64,000 nt of DNA from Campylobacterota bacterium (GTDB lineage: Bacteria; Campylobacterota; Campylobacteria; Campylobacterales; Arcobacteraceae): contig QMKX01000002.1 of assembly GCA_003643835.1 (NCBI GenBank), positions 24,193-88,192 on the forward strand, in the 5' to 3' direction. Shown piece by piece: positions 1 to 9,565 of the stretch. The notes below the pieces were generated by a model. The model made no database searches. It saw only the letters and a list, made by a program, of their open reading frames with translations, and was not told where the DNA came from. Within the stretch, counting starts at the first letter, position 1; each line of letters starts with the position of its first letter. The position numbers were made by a program, and so were the translations under genes.

Positions 1-1
1 A

Positions 2-643
2 AGATTAGGTGTCAAAAATATAATCATGACCGATAGCAAAGGTGTTTTAAATCACAAACGAGACGACCTAAACAAATACAAAAAAAAGTTTGCTATAGAC
101 ACAACTTGCGAAACTTTAAGCGATGCTATGAAGGGAGCTGATATGTTTTTGGGCCTGAGTGCCGCAAAAATTGTCTCAAAAGATATGGTCAAGTCTATGG
201 CTAATAAACCTATAATATTTGCTTTGTCAAATCCTACACCTGAGATACTGCCAAAAGATATCAAAGCTGTCCGCGATGATGCTATCATAGCTACTGGACG
301 AAGCGATTATGTCAATCAAGTGAACAATGTGTTGGGCTTTCCTTTTATATTTCGTGGGGCATTAGATGTGCAAGCTACAAAAATCACAGAAAATATGAAG
401 CTTGAAGCTTGTTATGCGTTAGCCAGTATCGCCAAAGACCCAGTGCCACAATATGTCAAAGATATATACAACAACCAAGATATGCATTTTGGCAAAGATT
501 ATATAATACCAACACCATTCAATAAAGAAAACTTAATCCAAGTATCATCAGCTGTGGCATTGGCAGCATTTGAAGATGGAGTTAGCGGTTTAGATAGTTT
601 TGACATAACCAAATACAAAGAACAATTGAGAAATCTTTTATAA
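2..643 (+). CDS. NAD(P)-dependent malic enzyme, C-terminal part (5' end outside window)
   Basis: Frame is open from the window edge (RLGVKNII precedes the ATG at 26). FALSNPTPEI and GFPFIFRGALD are typical of the malic enzyme NAD-binding domain. Confidence 0.8.
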   Translation, partial: RLGVKNIIMTDSKGVLNHKRDDLNKYKKKFAIDTTCETLSDAMKGADMFLGLSAAKIVSKDMVKSMANKPIIFALSNPTPEILPKDIKAVRDDAIIATGRSDYVNQVNNVLGFPFIFRGALDVQATKITENMKLEACYALASIAKDPVPQYVKDIYNNQDMHFGKDYIIPTPFNKENLIQVSSAVALAAFEDGVSGLDSFDITKYKEQLRNLL

Positions 644-665
644 AAAATAGCCACAAGCAGTGTAT

Positions 666-2525
666 CTACTTATCTACGATGAGATTATAAATTTGTCCTT
701 GTTTGGCATTTTTGCTACTTTTGCCATCGTGTATTGATAGGCCACCGGCAAATATATCTTTGAGTGTGCCTATTTTTATTTGCGAGTTAAATATACTAAA
801 CTTCATATCTATAGTGCTATTTCGTTTGAAAGAAGAATCATTCTTGAGGTAACTTTTGTATCTATTTTCTATAAAAATATCAAACATCACTCCTGATTTA
901 TAAAAGCTTATATCTTGCACTGCTCCTATTTGTTTGTATCTATAAAACAAAGGAGTGCCTATTGATATACTTTTGCTATTTTTATGATATAGTTTAACTC
1001 TAAAACCATCTATGTATGTGTATTTATTTAGGTTTATTTGATGCAGTTTGAAACTATCTTTAAATCCTCCAACACTCGATACAAGATGAAGTTTGTCGCC
1101 TAACACAGCGCTACTTAAATTTTGCACTCCATCAAGCCCTACTTTCAATCCTTCTGAATATATCTTTGAATTTTTGCCAAAATATTTTTTGAACTTGTTT
1201 TGAACTTTTATCTTTATGTTGATTTTGTTGTTGTTTAGATTTATCGTTTTTATGGAACCTATTTTAAAATTTTTATAAAACAAAGAAGATGATGTTTTTA
1301 TGTTTAATAGGTTGTTCGCACTCAAAGTTATGTCAAAGTAGTTGTAGCTGTTTTGTTTGGTTTTTATATCATCTAAACTTTTATATAGTTTATAACTTTT
1401 TTTGTATTTTTTATTTGTTGAATCTCTATATACAAACGATATGCCTCCTGTGGCTATCTCTTTGATATCTGGCACTTTTAGCTTGAAACCATCTAATCCC
1501 AGACTTGCTTGGATATTGTTGATTTTATAAAATTTTGTGTGAGAGTTTATGAGATATTTGTATCTATTCTCTATGTGTGCGGTTGATATTTTATCTTGAT
1601 TTTTAAGTCTTTGGGATTTGATGAAACCTATTTTGATTGATTTATAATATATAGTCTCGCTATTTTTTGCCATATCGCCAACAATATCAAAACTAAAATA
1701 AAACTTTTCTGTTTTGTATAGTTCCGCTTGGGAGTTGTATATTTTTTTGTTGTTTATATCTTGTATTGTGCTGTCTTTGACTATATGTAATCCACCTTTG
1801 AGTATAGTGTTTATGGGTTCTACTATCACATCTATGCTGTCAAATTTTAGATCTATATCAACAGGTGGCTTTATATAAAAATAGCAATTTTGACTTATGA
1901 TATGTTGATATTTTTCATATATGAGCACCGATGTGTGGGATATGTTGTTTTGTAGAAAATTCTTCAAAACTTCGCCTATTTTTATATCTTGAAAATACAC
2001 ACCATCGCCTACTTTTGGGTTTGTTTGGGCTGATATTAGGTCTATAGTGGTGCCTATAGAGTTCTTTTTTTTGAAACCTGCTACAAAAATATCTTGATTT
2101 TTGAGAGTTTTTAAAATTTTTATATCAAATGATGGTGGCGATATTTGTATATAATTACCCTTTAAAATAGTGTCTAAATTTTCTGTTTTGTCTAAAGATA
2201 TGTTTGCTGATACCTTCCAAAATATCGTGCCTTGTTTTATAAGATAGGCATAATCTTTGTATATCTTCACCTCTAACTTAAATCTTGTGATATCGTCTTT
2301 GTCTGGGTTTATTGATACAATATCGCCTATGTCTATGCCTCTATATTTGATATGGCTTTTTCTTATGTCTAATCCATTTACGTCTTTGACAAATACTGTG
2401 ATATCTTTGCTGTATTTTTGAAAACTATTTTTTATCATATCATACGATATAAGCAAAGCCACAACTGGCAGCACCAAACTTATGATCAAAAGGGATATTT
2501 TATTTTTTTTAGTATAATTTTTCAT
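666..2525 (-). CDS. PqiB/MCE-family intermembrane transport protein
   Basis: 619 aa with an N-terminal TM helix followed by repeated MlaD/MCE-like beta-rich modules. Overlaps the upstream pqiA-like gene by 4 nt. Confidence 0.7.
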   Translation of the reverse strand: MKNYTKKNKISLLIISLVLPVVALLISYDMIKNSFQKYSKDITVFVKDVNGLDIRKSHIKYRGIDIGDIVSINPDKDDITRFKLEVKIYKDYAYLIKQGTIFWKVSANISLDKTENLDTILKGNYIQISPPSFDIKILKTLKNQDIFVAGFKKKNSIGTTIDLISAQTNPKVGDGVYFQDIKIGEVLKNFLQNNISHTSVLIYEKYQHIISQNCYFYIKPPVDIDLKFDSIDVIVEPINTILKGGLHIVKDSTIQDINNKKIYNSQAELYKTEKFYFSFDIVGDMAKNSETIYYKSIKIGFIKSQRLKNQDKISTAHIENRYKYLINSHTKFYKINNIQASLGLDGFKLKVPDIKEIATGGISFVYRDSTNKKYKKSYKLYKSLDDIKTKQNSYNYFDITLSANNLLNIKTSSSLFYKNFKIGSIKTINLNNNKINIKIKVQNKFKKYFGKNSKIYSEGLKVGLDGVQNLSSAVLGDKLHLVSSVGGFKDSFKLHQINLNKYTYIDGFRVKLYHKNSKSISIGTPLFYRYKQIGAVQDISFYKSGVMFDIFIENRYKSYLKNDSSFKRNSTIDMKFSIFNSQIKIGTLKDIFAGGLSIHDGKSSKNAKQGQIYNLIVDK

Positions 2526-3601
2526 GGTTTATTATACCACAACAATCTTGTATCAAAACTTTTAGACGCAATCATTGTAAATATCACAACCAATATAAAT
2601 GGCACAAATGCTTCACCTGGTTGTATATTTACAAGGTCGTTAAACTGTATATATGATGAAGCTAATATCACTACAAACACATCAAGCAAAGAGTATTTGC
2701 CAAAAAAATCCAACAATATATATATTTTTGTAGCTAGTTTTCTGTGTCCTTTAAATATATTATATTTAGTCATAATTATCATAAATATCAAACTAACTAT
2801 TTTGATAGCTGGTATGATAATACTAGCGACAAATATAATTACAGGGACAACCAAATCACCATCTTGCATAAATGAGTTTATACCTTCGTATATATTGGTT
2901 GGATACAACACTCCGTGTTTGGAGAAGTTCATCATAGGTAAGCTATAAGCTGGATATATAAATATGATAGCCAAACACAAAAATAGCACAGCTTTATACA
3001 AAGAATTTTTGCTGATTTTTTTATATTCCTGAAAATCAGTTGGCAGCGGGTTGAAAACTAAACTCAAAATATACAAGTTCAATATATACAAGATAGTTAG
3101 ATAAAAACCACTCAATATAGCGACATCCGACAGCTCATACAACTTAATCATAGCGAGAAGCAAACCTATAAAATACACCTCTATCATATGCCATGGTTTT
3201 ATTTTGTAGTATATTTTTATCAGTATATCTGTTGTGTGTTTTGGTATCTTTAAATTTGTTTGGTAGTTTATATTGAATATAAGCAACATCATAAAAAGTG
3301 GCAACACAATAATGGTTGCAAATATAAGCAATGCGCTGACTATATCGCTATGAAACAAAAACTTAACAGAACTATAAAATGATGAAGTAATATGATCAAA
3401 TATATAAACATCTAACAAATCAGCAAACAAAGCAAAAAAATACAAACATAAGCTCAATACACTTAAAATGCCCACAAAAGTTTTGCTTTGGGTTGTTTTA
3501 TAAACTATATTGTTGCAAGCGTTGCAGTATATATCAAAATCATTATTTATTATTTTTGTATTGTTTATAATTAATTTTTGGTTACACCATTTACATCTCA
3601 T
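2522..3601 (-). CDS. PqiA-family (paraquat-inducible protein A-like) membrane protein
   Basis: N-terminal CxxC...CxxC zinc ribbon (CKWC, CNAC) followed by multiple TM helices. Operonic with the MCE protein. Confidence 0.65.
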   Translation of the reverse strand: MRCKWCNQKLIINNTKIINNDFDIYCNACNNIVYKTTQSKTFVGILSVLSLCLYFFALFADLLDVYIFDHITSSFYSSVKFLFHSDIVSALLIFATIIVLPLFMMLLIFNINYQTNLKIPKHTTDILIKIYYKIKPWHMIEVYFIGLLLAMIKLYELSDVAILSGFYLTILYILNLYILSLVFNPLPTDFQEYKKISKNSLYKAVLFLCLAIIFIYPAYSLPMMNFSKHGVLYPTNIYEGINSFMQDGDLVVPVIIFVASIIIPAIKIVSLIFMIIMTKYNIFKGHRKLATKIYILLDFFGKYSLLDVFVVILASSYIQFNDLVNIQPGEAFVPFILVVIFTMIASKSFDTRLLWYNKP

Positions 3602-3733
3602 AAGAGTATTGTATCCTTATGAACTTAACTCAACTATTTGCCACATTATAATTCAAGTTAAAATTTTATATTTTTTAACATAGGTGCGACAATTTTATCT
3701 ATGAACCTTTTTTTGTATTATACAATACAAAAA

Positions 3734-4288
3734 CTATTTTGCACCTTGTTCGTTGAGTATCTTATAAAATTTGCATCCGGCTTTTGTGCCACCATCGCAT
3801 GCTTTTTTATACAACTCTTTGGCTTTTTGGTTGTCTTGTTTTGTTCCGTGTCCTTTGGCAAACATATGTGCTAAATTTAGACACCCAAACATATCGCCAC
3901 CGCTACATGCCTTTGTGAACAGCTGGACGGCCTTTTGTTTGTCTTGTTTGACTCCGCTACCTTTTATATATAAATATCCTAAATAATAACATGCTTTCAT
4001 GTATTTGCCGTCGCATGCTTTTTGGTATAGTTTGGCTGCTTTTTGTTTGTCTGATTTACCATCTACGCCATATTCGTAACTATAGCCCAGCTCAAAGCAC
4101 CCTGCCATATCTCCGTTATCGCATGCTTGTTGTGGGTTTTGTGTCTTTTGTGGTGTTTTATCTACTATCTTTTCGCTTTGTTTGTTTGTATTTTGCTTTG
4201 AACTTTTATCGCTATTAGGCAAAAATTCACAACCAGTCGTCAGCAACACTGACAAAAATGCTACAGTTATCATACTTTTTGCTGGCAT
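3734..4288 (-). CDS. Sel1-repeat, cysteine-rich lipoprotein (Hcp-like)
   Basis: Lipobox LLTTGC. Repeated units with paired Cys, such as ACDGKYMKACYYLGYLYIKGSGVKQDKQKAVQLF, as in Helicobacter cysteine-rich Sel1 proteins. Confidence 0.8.
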   Translation of the reverse strand: MPAKSMITVAFLSVLLTTGCEFLPNSDKSSKQNTNKQSEKIVDKTPQKTQNPQQACDNGDMAGCFELGYSYEYGVDGKSDKQKAAKLYQKACDGKYMKACYYLGYLYIKGSGVKQDKQKAVQLFTKACSGGDMFGCLNLAHMFAKGHGTKQDNQKAKELYKKACDGGTKAGCKFYKILNEQGAK

Positions 4289-4394
4289 ATATTATTCCTT
4301 GTTTGTATATTTTGTTATTGTATCGTATTAAAATAAATTTGCTCTATTGTTTTATGTTTTTGTGATACAATATCAAAACCAAAAAAGGAAACAA

Positions 4395-5831
4395 ATGGAA
4401 ATATTAAATATACTTAACTCCTTTGTATTGGCAGTTGCTTTGAGCTTGTATTTGATAACCAACTTACAGTGGTATAATTATAGTTTATCTCGTGTTGTGT
4501 TCTATCATCACAAAAAGTTGTGGCATATTTATTATTTTTTACTGCCTGTTGGGTTGTATTATTTTATAGATGATATATATTTTGCTATATTTTTATATCT
4601 TTTTTATCTACCTTTATTTATATGGTGGTTCAAAAAACTTGACAAAAAACTAAACTTCACATCTCGTATCAAGCGGTTTTGTGTGCTATTTGTAGCGGTA
4701 TTTGCTGTAGTTTATACTCTGTGTTTTGTTAATAGTTGTGGCTTTTATCCTGTTGTTTTACCGCTCATGGCAGTGGTGTTGGTATCAAACATATGGGAGA
4801 CGATAGTTATGTTAAAGTTCAAACACCAAGCTAAACACAAGTTAGAAAGTATGCTAAACCTAAAAATAGTGCTCATAACCGCATCATATGGCAAGACATC
4901 TATCAAAAATTATCTGTATGAAACTTTAAAAACAAAATACAACTGCCATATGACCCCTCGAAGTGTCAATACTACAAACGGTATCATCCAAGATATCAAC
5001 GATAACTTACAAGCAACACACCAGTTTTATATAGTAGAAGCAGGAGCCCGCCAAAAAGGCGATATACTAGATATCACTCAACTTTTACAGCCTCAATATG
5101 TCATAGTAGGTCAAATAGGACCAGCTCATATAGAATACTTCAAAACTATAGACAATATTTTATTGACTAAAACTGAAGCCTTGCAAAGTAGTCGGCTCGA
5201 TACGGCTATAGTTCACGACAGTGTGCCACTTTTAAAATACAACAATATACAAAAGTTTGGTTTAGAAGCGGACAATATAACATGTAGTATAAAAGATAAA
5301 CTAAAGTTTAGTTTCACGATAGATGGCAAGACTATAGATATATCTGCCCCACTTTTAGGCAAGTTCAATGCCACAAATCTATATGCCGTGTGTTTGATGA
5401 GCTTGAAGTTGGGTATAAGCATAGAGCAGATACAAAAAAGTTTCACTACCCTCAAACCAGTCTCACATAGGCTAGAGCTAATCGAAGCAAATGGCAAGAC
5501 TATTTTAGACGATAGTTTCAACGGCAACATACAAGGTATGCTCGAAGCCGTGTCGCTGTGTAGTGAGTTTGATGGTGTCAAAACTATAGTGACATGCGGT
5601 CTAATAGAATCTACTGGAGAAGCCAACGAAAAACTGTGCTATGCCATAGAGGCGGTGTTTGACCAAGTGATACTCACAAGCGGCTTAAACGAAAAAGTAT
5701 TCAAGCAAATCATAAACAAAGACAAACTACTGATATTAAGAGACAAAAATAATTTAGTAGATACATTGGCAAACAAAACCAAAGCAGGTGAGTTGATATT
5801 GTTTGCAAATGATGCCCCTAATTATGTGTGA
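4395..5831 (+). CDS. murF: MurF-like UDP-MurNAc-tripeptide--D-Ala-D-Ala ligase with hydrophobic N-terminal region
   Basis: Mur ligase P-loop ITASYGKTS and C-terminal ILDDSFNGN (DDSYNAN-like). ATG at 4395 has an AAAGGA RBS; the ORF track starts earlier at 4347. The first ~150 aa are predicted TM helices. Confidence 0.75.
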   Translation: MEILNILNSFVLAVALSLYLITNLQWYNYSLSRVVFYHHKKLWHIYYFLLPVGLYYFIDDIYFAIFLYLFYLPLFIWWFKKLDKKLNFTSRIKRFCVLFVAVFAVVYTLCFVNSCGFYPVVLPLMAVVLVSNIWETIVMLKFKHQAKHKLESMLNLKIVLITASYGKTSIKNYLYETLKTKYNCHMTPRSVNTTNGIIQDINDNLQATHQFYIVEAGARQKGDILDITQLLQPQYVIVGQIGPAHIEYFKTIDNILLTKTEALQSSRLDTAIVHDSVPLLKYNNIQKFGLEADNITCSIKDKLKFSFTIDGKTIDISAPLLGKFNATNLYAVCLMSLKLGISIEQIQKSFTTLKPVSHRLELIEANGKTILDDSFNGNIQGMLEAVSLCSEFDGVKTIVTCGLIESTGEANEKLCYAIEAVFDQVILTSGLNEKVFKQIINKDKLLILRDKNNLVDTLANKTKAGELILFANDAPNYV

Positions 5832-5848
5832 GACAAAAAAGGATCAAA

Positions 5849-7299
5849 ATGTTTGAACAAATTTTTAAAAATATAGATGATATACTTCACAAAGATGCAG
5901 GGTGTTCAAGTGAGCTTGACTATATAGAACAAACTTCGTGGATGTTGTTTTTGAAATATCTTGATGACATAGAACAAGAAAATGAAACATCTGCACTATT
6001 GTCTGGCAAAACTTATCAAAAAATCATACAACCACAATACAGATGGGCAAACTGGGCTACACCCAAGTTAAAAGATGGCAAGATAGACTACAATGCCATG
6101 ACAGGACAACAACTTTTGGAGTTTGTAGACAATAAACTTTTTCTATATTTGAAAAAGTTTAAAGACACAGCGACAAGTGTGGACACGATAGAGTATAAAA
6201 TTGGCGAGATATTTAGTGAGCTTAAAAATAAAATACAAAGCGGATACAATATAAAAGAGATAGCCATCATGATAGATGAGTTGCAGTTTAAAACACAAAA
6301 AGACAAACACGAGATGAGCCATCTGTATGAAAGCAAGATCAAAAACATGGGCAACGCAGGACGAAATGGTGGAGAGTATTACACTCCACGAGCCCTGATC
6401 AAAACAATCATAAAAGCAATAGGCCCAAAGATTGGCGATACTATATACGATCCAGCAGTTGGTAGTGCTGGATTTTTGGTCGAAGCATACGAATATCTAA
6501 ATACAAAAAATTATCAACCACAGATATAACAGTATTGCAAAAAAGCACTTTTTTTGCTAAAGAGAAAAAATCTTTAGCATATATCATAGCTACTATGAAT
6601 ATGATATTTCATGGTATTAAAGCCCCAAATATAGTTCATACAAACACACTAACAGAAAATCTCAACGATATACAAGAGAAAGACAGACACGATATAATTT
6701 TAGCAAACCCACCATTTGGTGGCAAAGAGAGAGCCCAAGTACAACAAAACTTTCCTATAAAAACTGGTGAGACTGCTTCGCTTTTTTTGCAACATTTTAT
6801 CAAAATCCTCAAAACAGGTGGCAAAGCAGGAGTTGTCATCAAAAATACTTTTTTGAGCAATACAGACAATGCTTCTATAGCTTTGCGAAAAGAACTATTA
6901 AACTCATGCAATCTACACACAATCTTAGATATGCCATCTGGCACATTTACAGGAGCTGGTGTCAAAACTGTTGTGCTGTTTTTCAAAAAAGGCAAACCCA
7001 CGAAAAATATTTGGTTTTATCAACTAAATTTAGATAGAAATCTTGGCAAGACCAACCCATTGAATACTAACGATTTAAGCGAATTTTTAAAATTGCAAAA
7101 AACCCAAAAAACAAGCCCAAACTCATGGGTATTTGATATAAAAAATATAGATCAAGAAACCTATGACTTGTCTGCCAAAAACCCAAATACACCAACAGAA
7201 CCACCATTGCGAAAACCTGCCGAAATATTAGAAAATATGACAAAATTGGATCAAAAAAGTGCAAGTATTTTAAAAGAAATTAAGGGTTTATTGTCGTGA
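5849..7299 (+). pseudogene. hsdM: Type I R-M methyltransferase HsdM, split by a -1 frameshift at an A6 tract (two ORFs, 5828-6529 and 6535-7299)
   Basis: The N half carries the HsdM_N-like WMLFLKYLDD and motif I DPAVGSAGFL. The C half carries motif IV ILANPPFGG. Reading LNTKK-LSTTDITVLQKSTFF is restored if A6 (6505-6510) were A7. Confidence 0.8.
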
Positions 7300-8168
7300 A
7301 AAATGAAATAATTTTATATCAAACCGATAAACTTACTTCACGAATAGAAGTCAAAATAGAAGATGAAACAGTCTGGCTCACCCAAGACCAGATGGCAACC
7401 TTGTTTGGCAGAAATAGAGTAGCTATCACTCAACATATCGGCAATATTTTCAAAGAGGTAGAACTTGACCCAAAAGTGGTTAGTAAGGATTTCTTACTAA
7501 CCACTCCACACGGTGCTATAAAGGGCAAAACTCAAACCATAAAAATGAAAATATACAATCTTGATGTAATAATATCTGTAGGATACAGGGTCAAATCCAA
7601 ACAAGGCACACAATTTAGAATTTGGGCTAATAGAATACTCAAAGATTATCTACTCAAAGGTTATTCTCTAAACAACAGAATGAATCGTATAGAAGACAAT
7701 CTACAAAACCTATCAACAAAAGTAGATGGAATAGATTTGCAGATAAATGCAAGTTTGCCACCAAATCAGGATATATTTTTTCAAGGTCAAATTTTTGATG
7801 CTTATACTTTTGTATCCGATTTAATAAAAACAGCAAAAACTTCAATCATGTTGATAGATAATTATATTGATGATAGTGTGTTAACACATTTTTCTAAACG
7901 AAATAAAGATGTGAATCTTATCATGCTTATTAAAAACATATCAAAGCAATTAAACTTAGATATAAAAAAACACAACGAGCAGTATCCTGTCGTAGTAGCA
8001 AAAGTATTTAAAGACGCTCACGATCGCTTTTTGATAATAGATGAAAAAGAGATTTATCATTTTGGAGCTAGTTTAAAAGACTTAGGCAAAAAATGGTTCG
8101 CATTTTCTAAGATAGATATCTCCTCTGTCAAAATCTTGGATAAATTAAAAGAGGAAGGTTTGGCTTGA
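7296..8168 (+). CDS. R-M-linked protein: RhuM-like N-terminal domain fused to a PLD-like (H-x-R) C-terminal domain
   Basis: N-terminus ETVWLTQDQMATLF...VISVGYRVKSKQGTQFRIWA resembles the RhuM family. C-terminus AHDRFLIIDEKEIYHFGASLKD fits H-x-[KR]-x4-D-x6-G-x-S. GTGA overlap with the hsdM stop and TGATG overlap with the hsdS start. Confidence 0.55.
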   Translation: MKNEIILYQTDKLTSRIEVKIEDETVWLTQDQMATLFGRNRVAITQHIGNIFKEVELDPKVVSKDFLLTTPHGAIKGKTQTIKMKIYNLDVIISVGYRVKSKQGTQFRIWANRILKDYLLKGYSLNNRMNRIEDNLQNLSTKVDGIDLQINASLPPNQDIFFQGQIFDAYTFVSDLIKTAKTSIMLIDNYIDDSVLTHFSKRNKDVNLIMLIKNISKQLNLDIKKHNEQYPVVVAKVFKDAHDRFLIIDEKEIYHFGASLKDLGKKWFAFSKIDISSVKILDKLKEEGLA

Positions 8169-9499
8169 TGGAAAATGGAAAACAGTTAAAACAATGGAAA
8201 ATGGAAAGTGAAAAATGGAAAGCAGCTATAACAATGGAAAATAAAAAAATGAAAATTGAAAATAAAAAAACTAATTATCAACTAAAAAAAGGTTGGCAAA
8301 TAAAAAAACTCGGTGATGTTTGTAAAATTGAATTTGGAAAAACTCCTTATCGTCAAGATGAAACTTTTTGGGATACCGACAAAGCATTTAATAATACTTG
8401 GCTTAAAATTGCAGACTTAAAAAATGCAAAAAACAAGAAAATTTATGACAGTAAAGAATTTATAACCAACAAGGCTGTTAAAATATCTAAACTTGTAAAA
8501 AAAGGAACATTGCTTTGTAGTTTCAAACTAACATTAGGAAGATTGGCTTTCGCAGGTAAAGATTTATTTACTAATGAGGCAATAGCAGCTCTGACTATAA
8601 AAGATAAAATTCAATTAGATAAGCATTTTTTATATTATTATTTGTCTTTTTTTGATTGGGACAAAGCAACAGAGGGCGACATAAAAGTTAAAGGCAAAAC
8701 TTTGAATAAAGCAAAACTCAATAAACTAGAAGTTTTTTTTCCAAAATCATTTAAAGAGCAAAAAAGGATCGTCAAAAAATTAGATGAAAGTTTTGCTAAA
8801 ATTGCCAAATTGAAAGCCAATACTCAACAAAACTTGAAAAATACTCAGGAACTTTTTCAGTCAAAATTGCAACAGATAATAGATGATGGAAAATTGAAAA
8901 TAGAGAATGGAGAATGGCAAGATAAAAAACTCGGTGATGTTTGTGAGATTACAAATGGCGGAACACCAAAAACAGGAAACAGCAAATATTGGGGTGGCAA
9001 TATTAAATGGATTACACCAAAAGATTTAGGAAAACTTACAAATAAATATGTTGGCGACACTCCAAGAAAAATTACAAGTCTTGGATTACAAAAATCATCA
9101 GCAAAACTAATTCCAAAAAATTCAATTATATTATCAACAAGAGCACCAATTGGGCATATTGCAATAAATACTCATGAAATAACAACCAATCAGGGGTGTA
9201 GAGGTATTATTCCATCAAGCACAATAACAACAGAATACCTGTATTATTTTTTAAGCAATTCCGTGAAACTTTTAAATGAACTAGGTAGAGGTGCAACATT
9301 TAAAGAACTCTCTACCAATGCACTATCTTTTGTTAAAATACCAATCCCACCAATCGCCGAGCAAAAAAGGATCGTCAAAAAGTTAGATCAATTATCAAAA
9401 CAAACACAAGAATTGACGAAAATATATCAACAAAAAATGGAAAATGTAGTAGAATTACAAAAATCAATCTTGCAACAAGCATTTGACGATGAAATATAA
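8165..9499 (+). CDS. hsdS: Type I R-M specificity subunit HsdS (two target recognition domains)
   Basis: Two TRD halves each begin KKLGDVC(K/E)I and end with the conserved helix EQKRIVKKLD. The true start is uncertain within the repetitive 5' end. Confidence 0.9.
   Translation: MMENGKQLKQWKMESEKWKAAITMENKKMKIENKKTNYQLKKGWQIKKLGDVCKIEFGKTPYRQDETFWDTDKAFNNTWLKIADLKNAKNKKIYDSKEFITNKAVKISKLVKKGTLLCSFKLTLGRLAFAGKDLFTNEAIAALTIKDKIQLDKHFLYYYLSFFDWDKATEGDIKVKGKTLNKAKLNKLEVFFPKSFKEQKRIVKKLDESFAKIAKLKANTQQNLKNTQELFQSKLQQIIDDGKLKIENGEWQDKKLGDVCEITNGGTPKTGNSKYWGGNIKWITPKDLGKLTNKYVGDTPRKITSLGLQKSSAKLIPKNSIILSTRAPIGHIAINTHEITTNQGCRGIIPSSTITTEYLYYFLSNSVKLLNELGRGATFKELSTNALSFVKIPIPPIAEQKRIVKKLDQLSKQTQELTKIYQQKMENVVELQKSILQQAFDDEI
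8756..8785 (+). repeat. 30-nt direct repeat inside hsdS (central conserved region), partner at 9359-9388
   Basis: GAGCAAAAAAGGATCGTCAAAAA(A/G)TTAGAT, 29/30 identical; encodes EQKRIVKKLD in both halves. Confidence 0.85.
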
Positions 9500-9517
9500 C
9501 AATATCAAAAAAAGGAA

Positions 9518-9565
9518 CAGCCATGAATGAAGCAGAAAGAATAGCAGCCATGAATGAAGCAGAAA
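9518..9565 (+). repeat. 27-bp tandem duplication spanning the hsdR start codon
   Basis: CAGCCATGAATGAAGCAGAAA occurs at 9518-9538 and again at 9545-9565, giving MNEAERIAA-MNEAETRAEL. Confidence 0.85.

Noticed and set aside
2418-2948. 176-aa plus-strand ORF, and many similar 60-210 aa ORFs antisense to strong genes (e.g. 16205-16642, 18394-18999, 40643-41146, 51644-52231, 58874-59509, 59963-60478, 60791-61195)
   Set aside because: They lie entirely inside, and antisense to, ORFs with clear family motifs. They have low-complexity or hydrophobic compositions typical of shadow frames in AT-rich DNA, and none has a recognisable motif.
3710-3733. Perfect 10-bp hairpin TTTTTGTATT-atac-AATACAAAAA immediately after the Sel1 gene stop, considered as a terminator
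   Set aside because: The stem is almost entirely A:T (one G:C pair), and on the transcribed minus strand it is followed by A rather than U residues. Too weak to call.
8165-8290. Short ATGGAAAA-type repeats considered as a possible CRISPR or minisatellite
   Set aside because: The units are 8-9 nt with no spacer structure, and they lie inside the hsdS reading frame. This is coding low-complexity sequence, not a CRISPR array.
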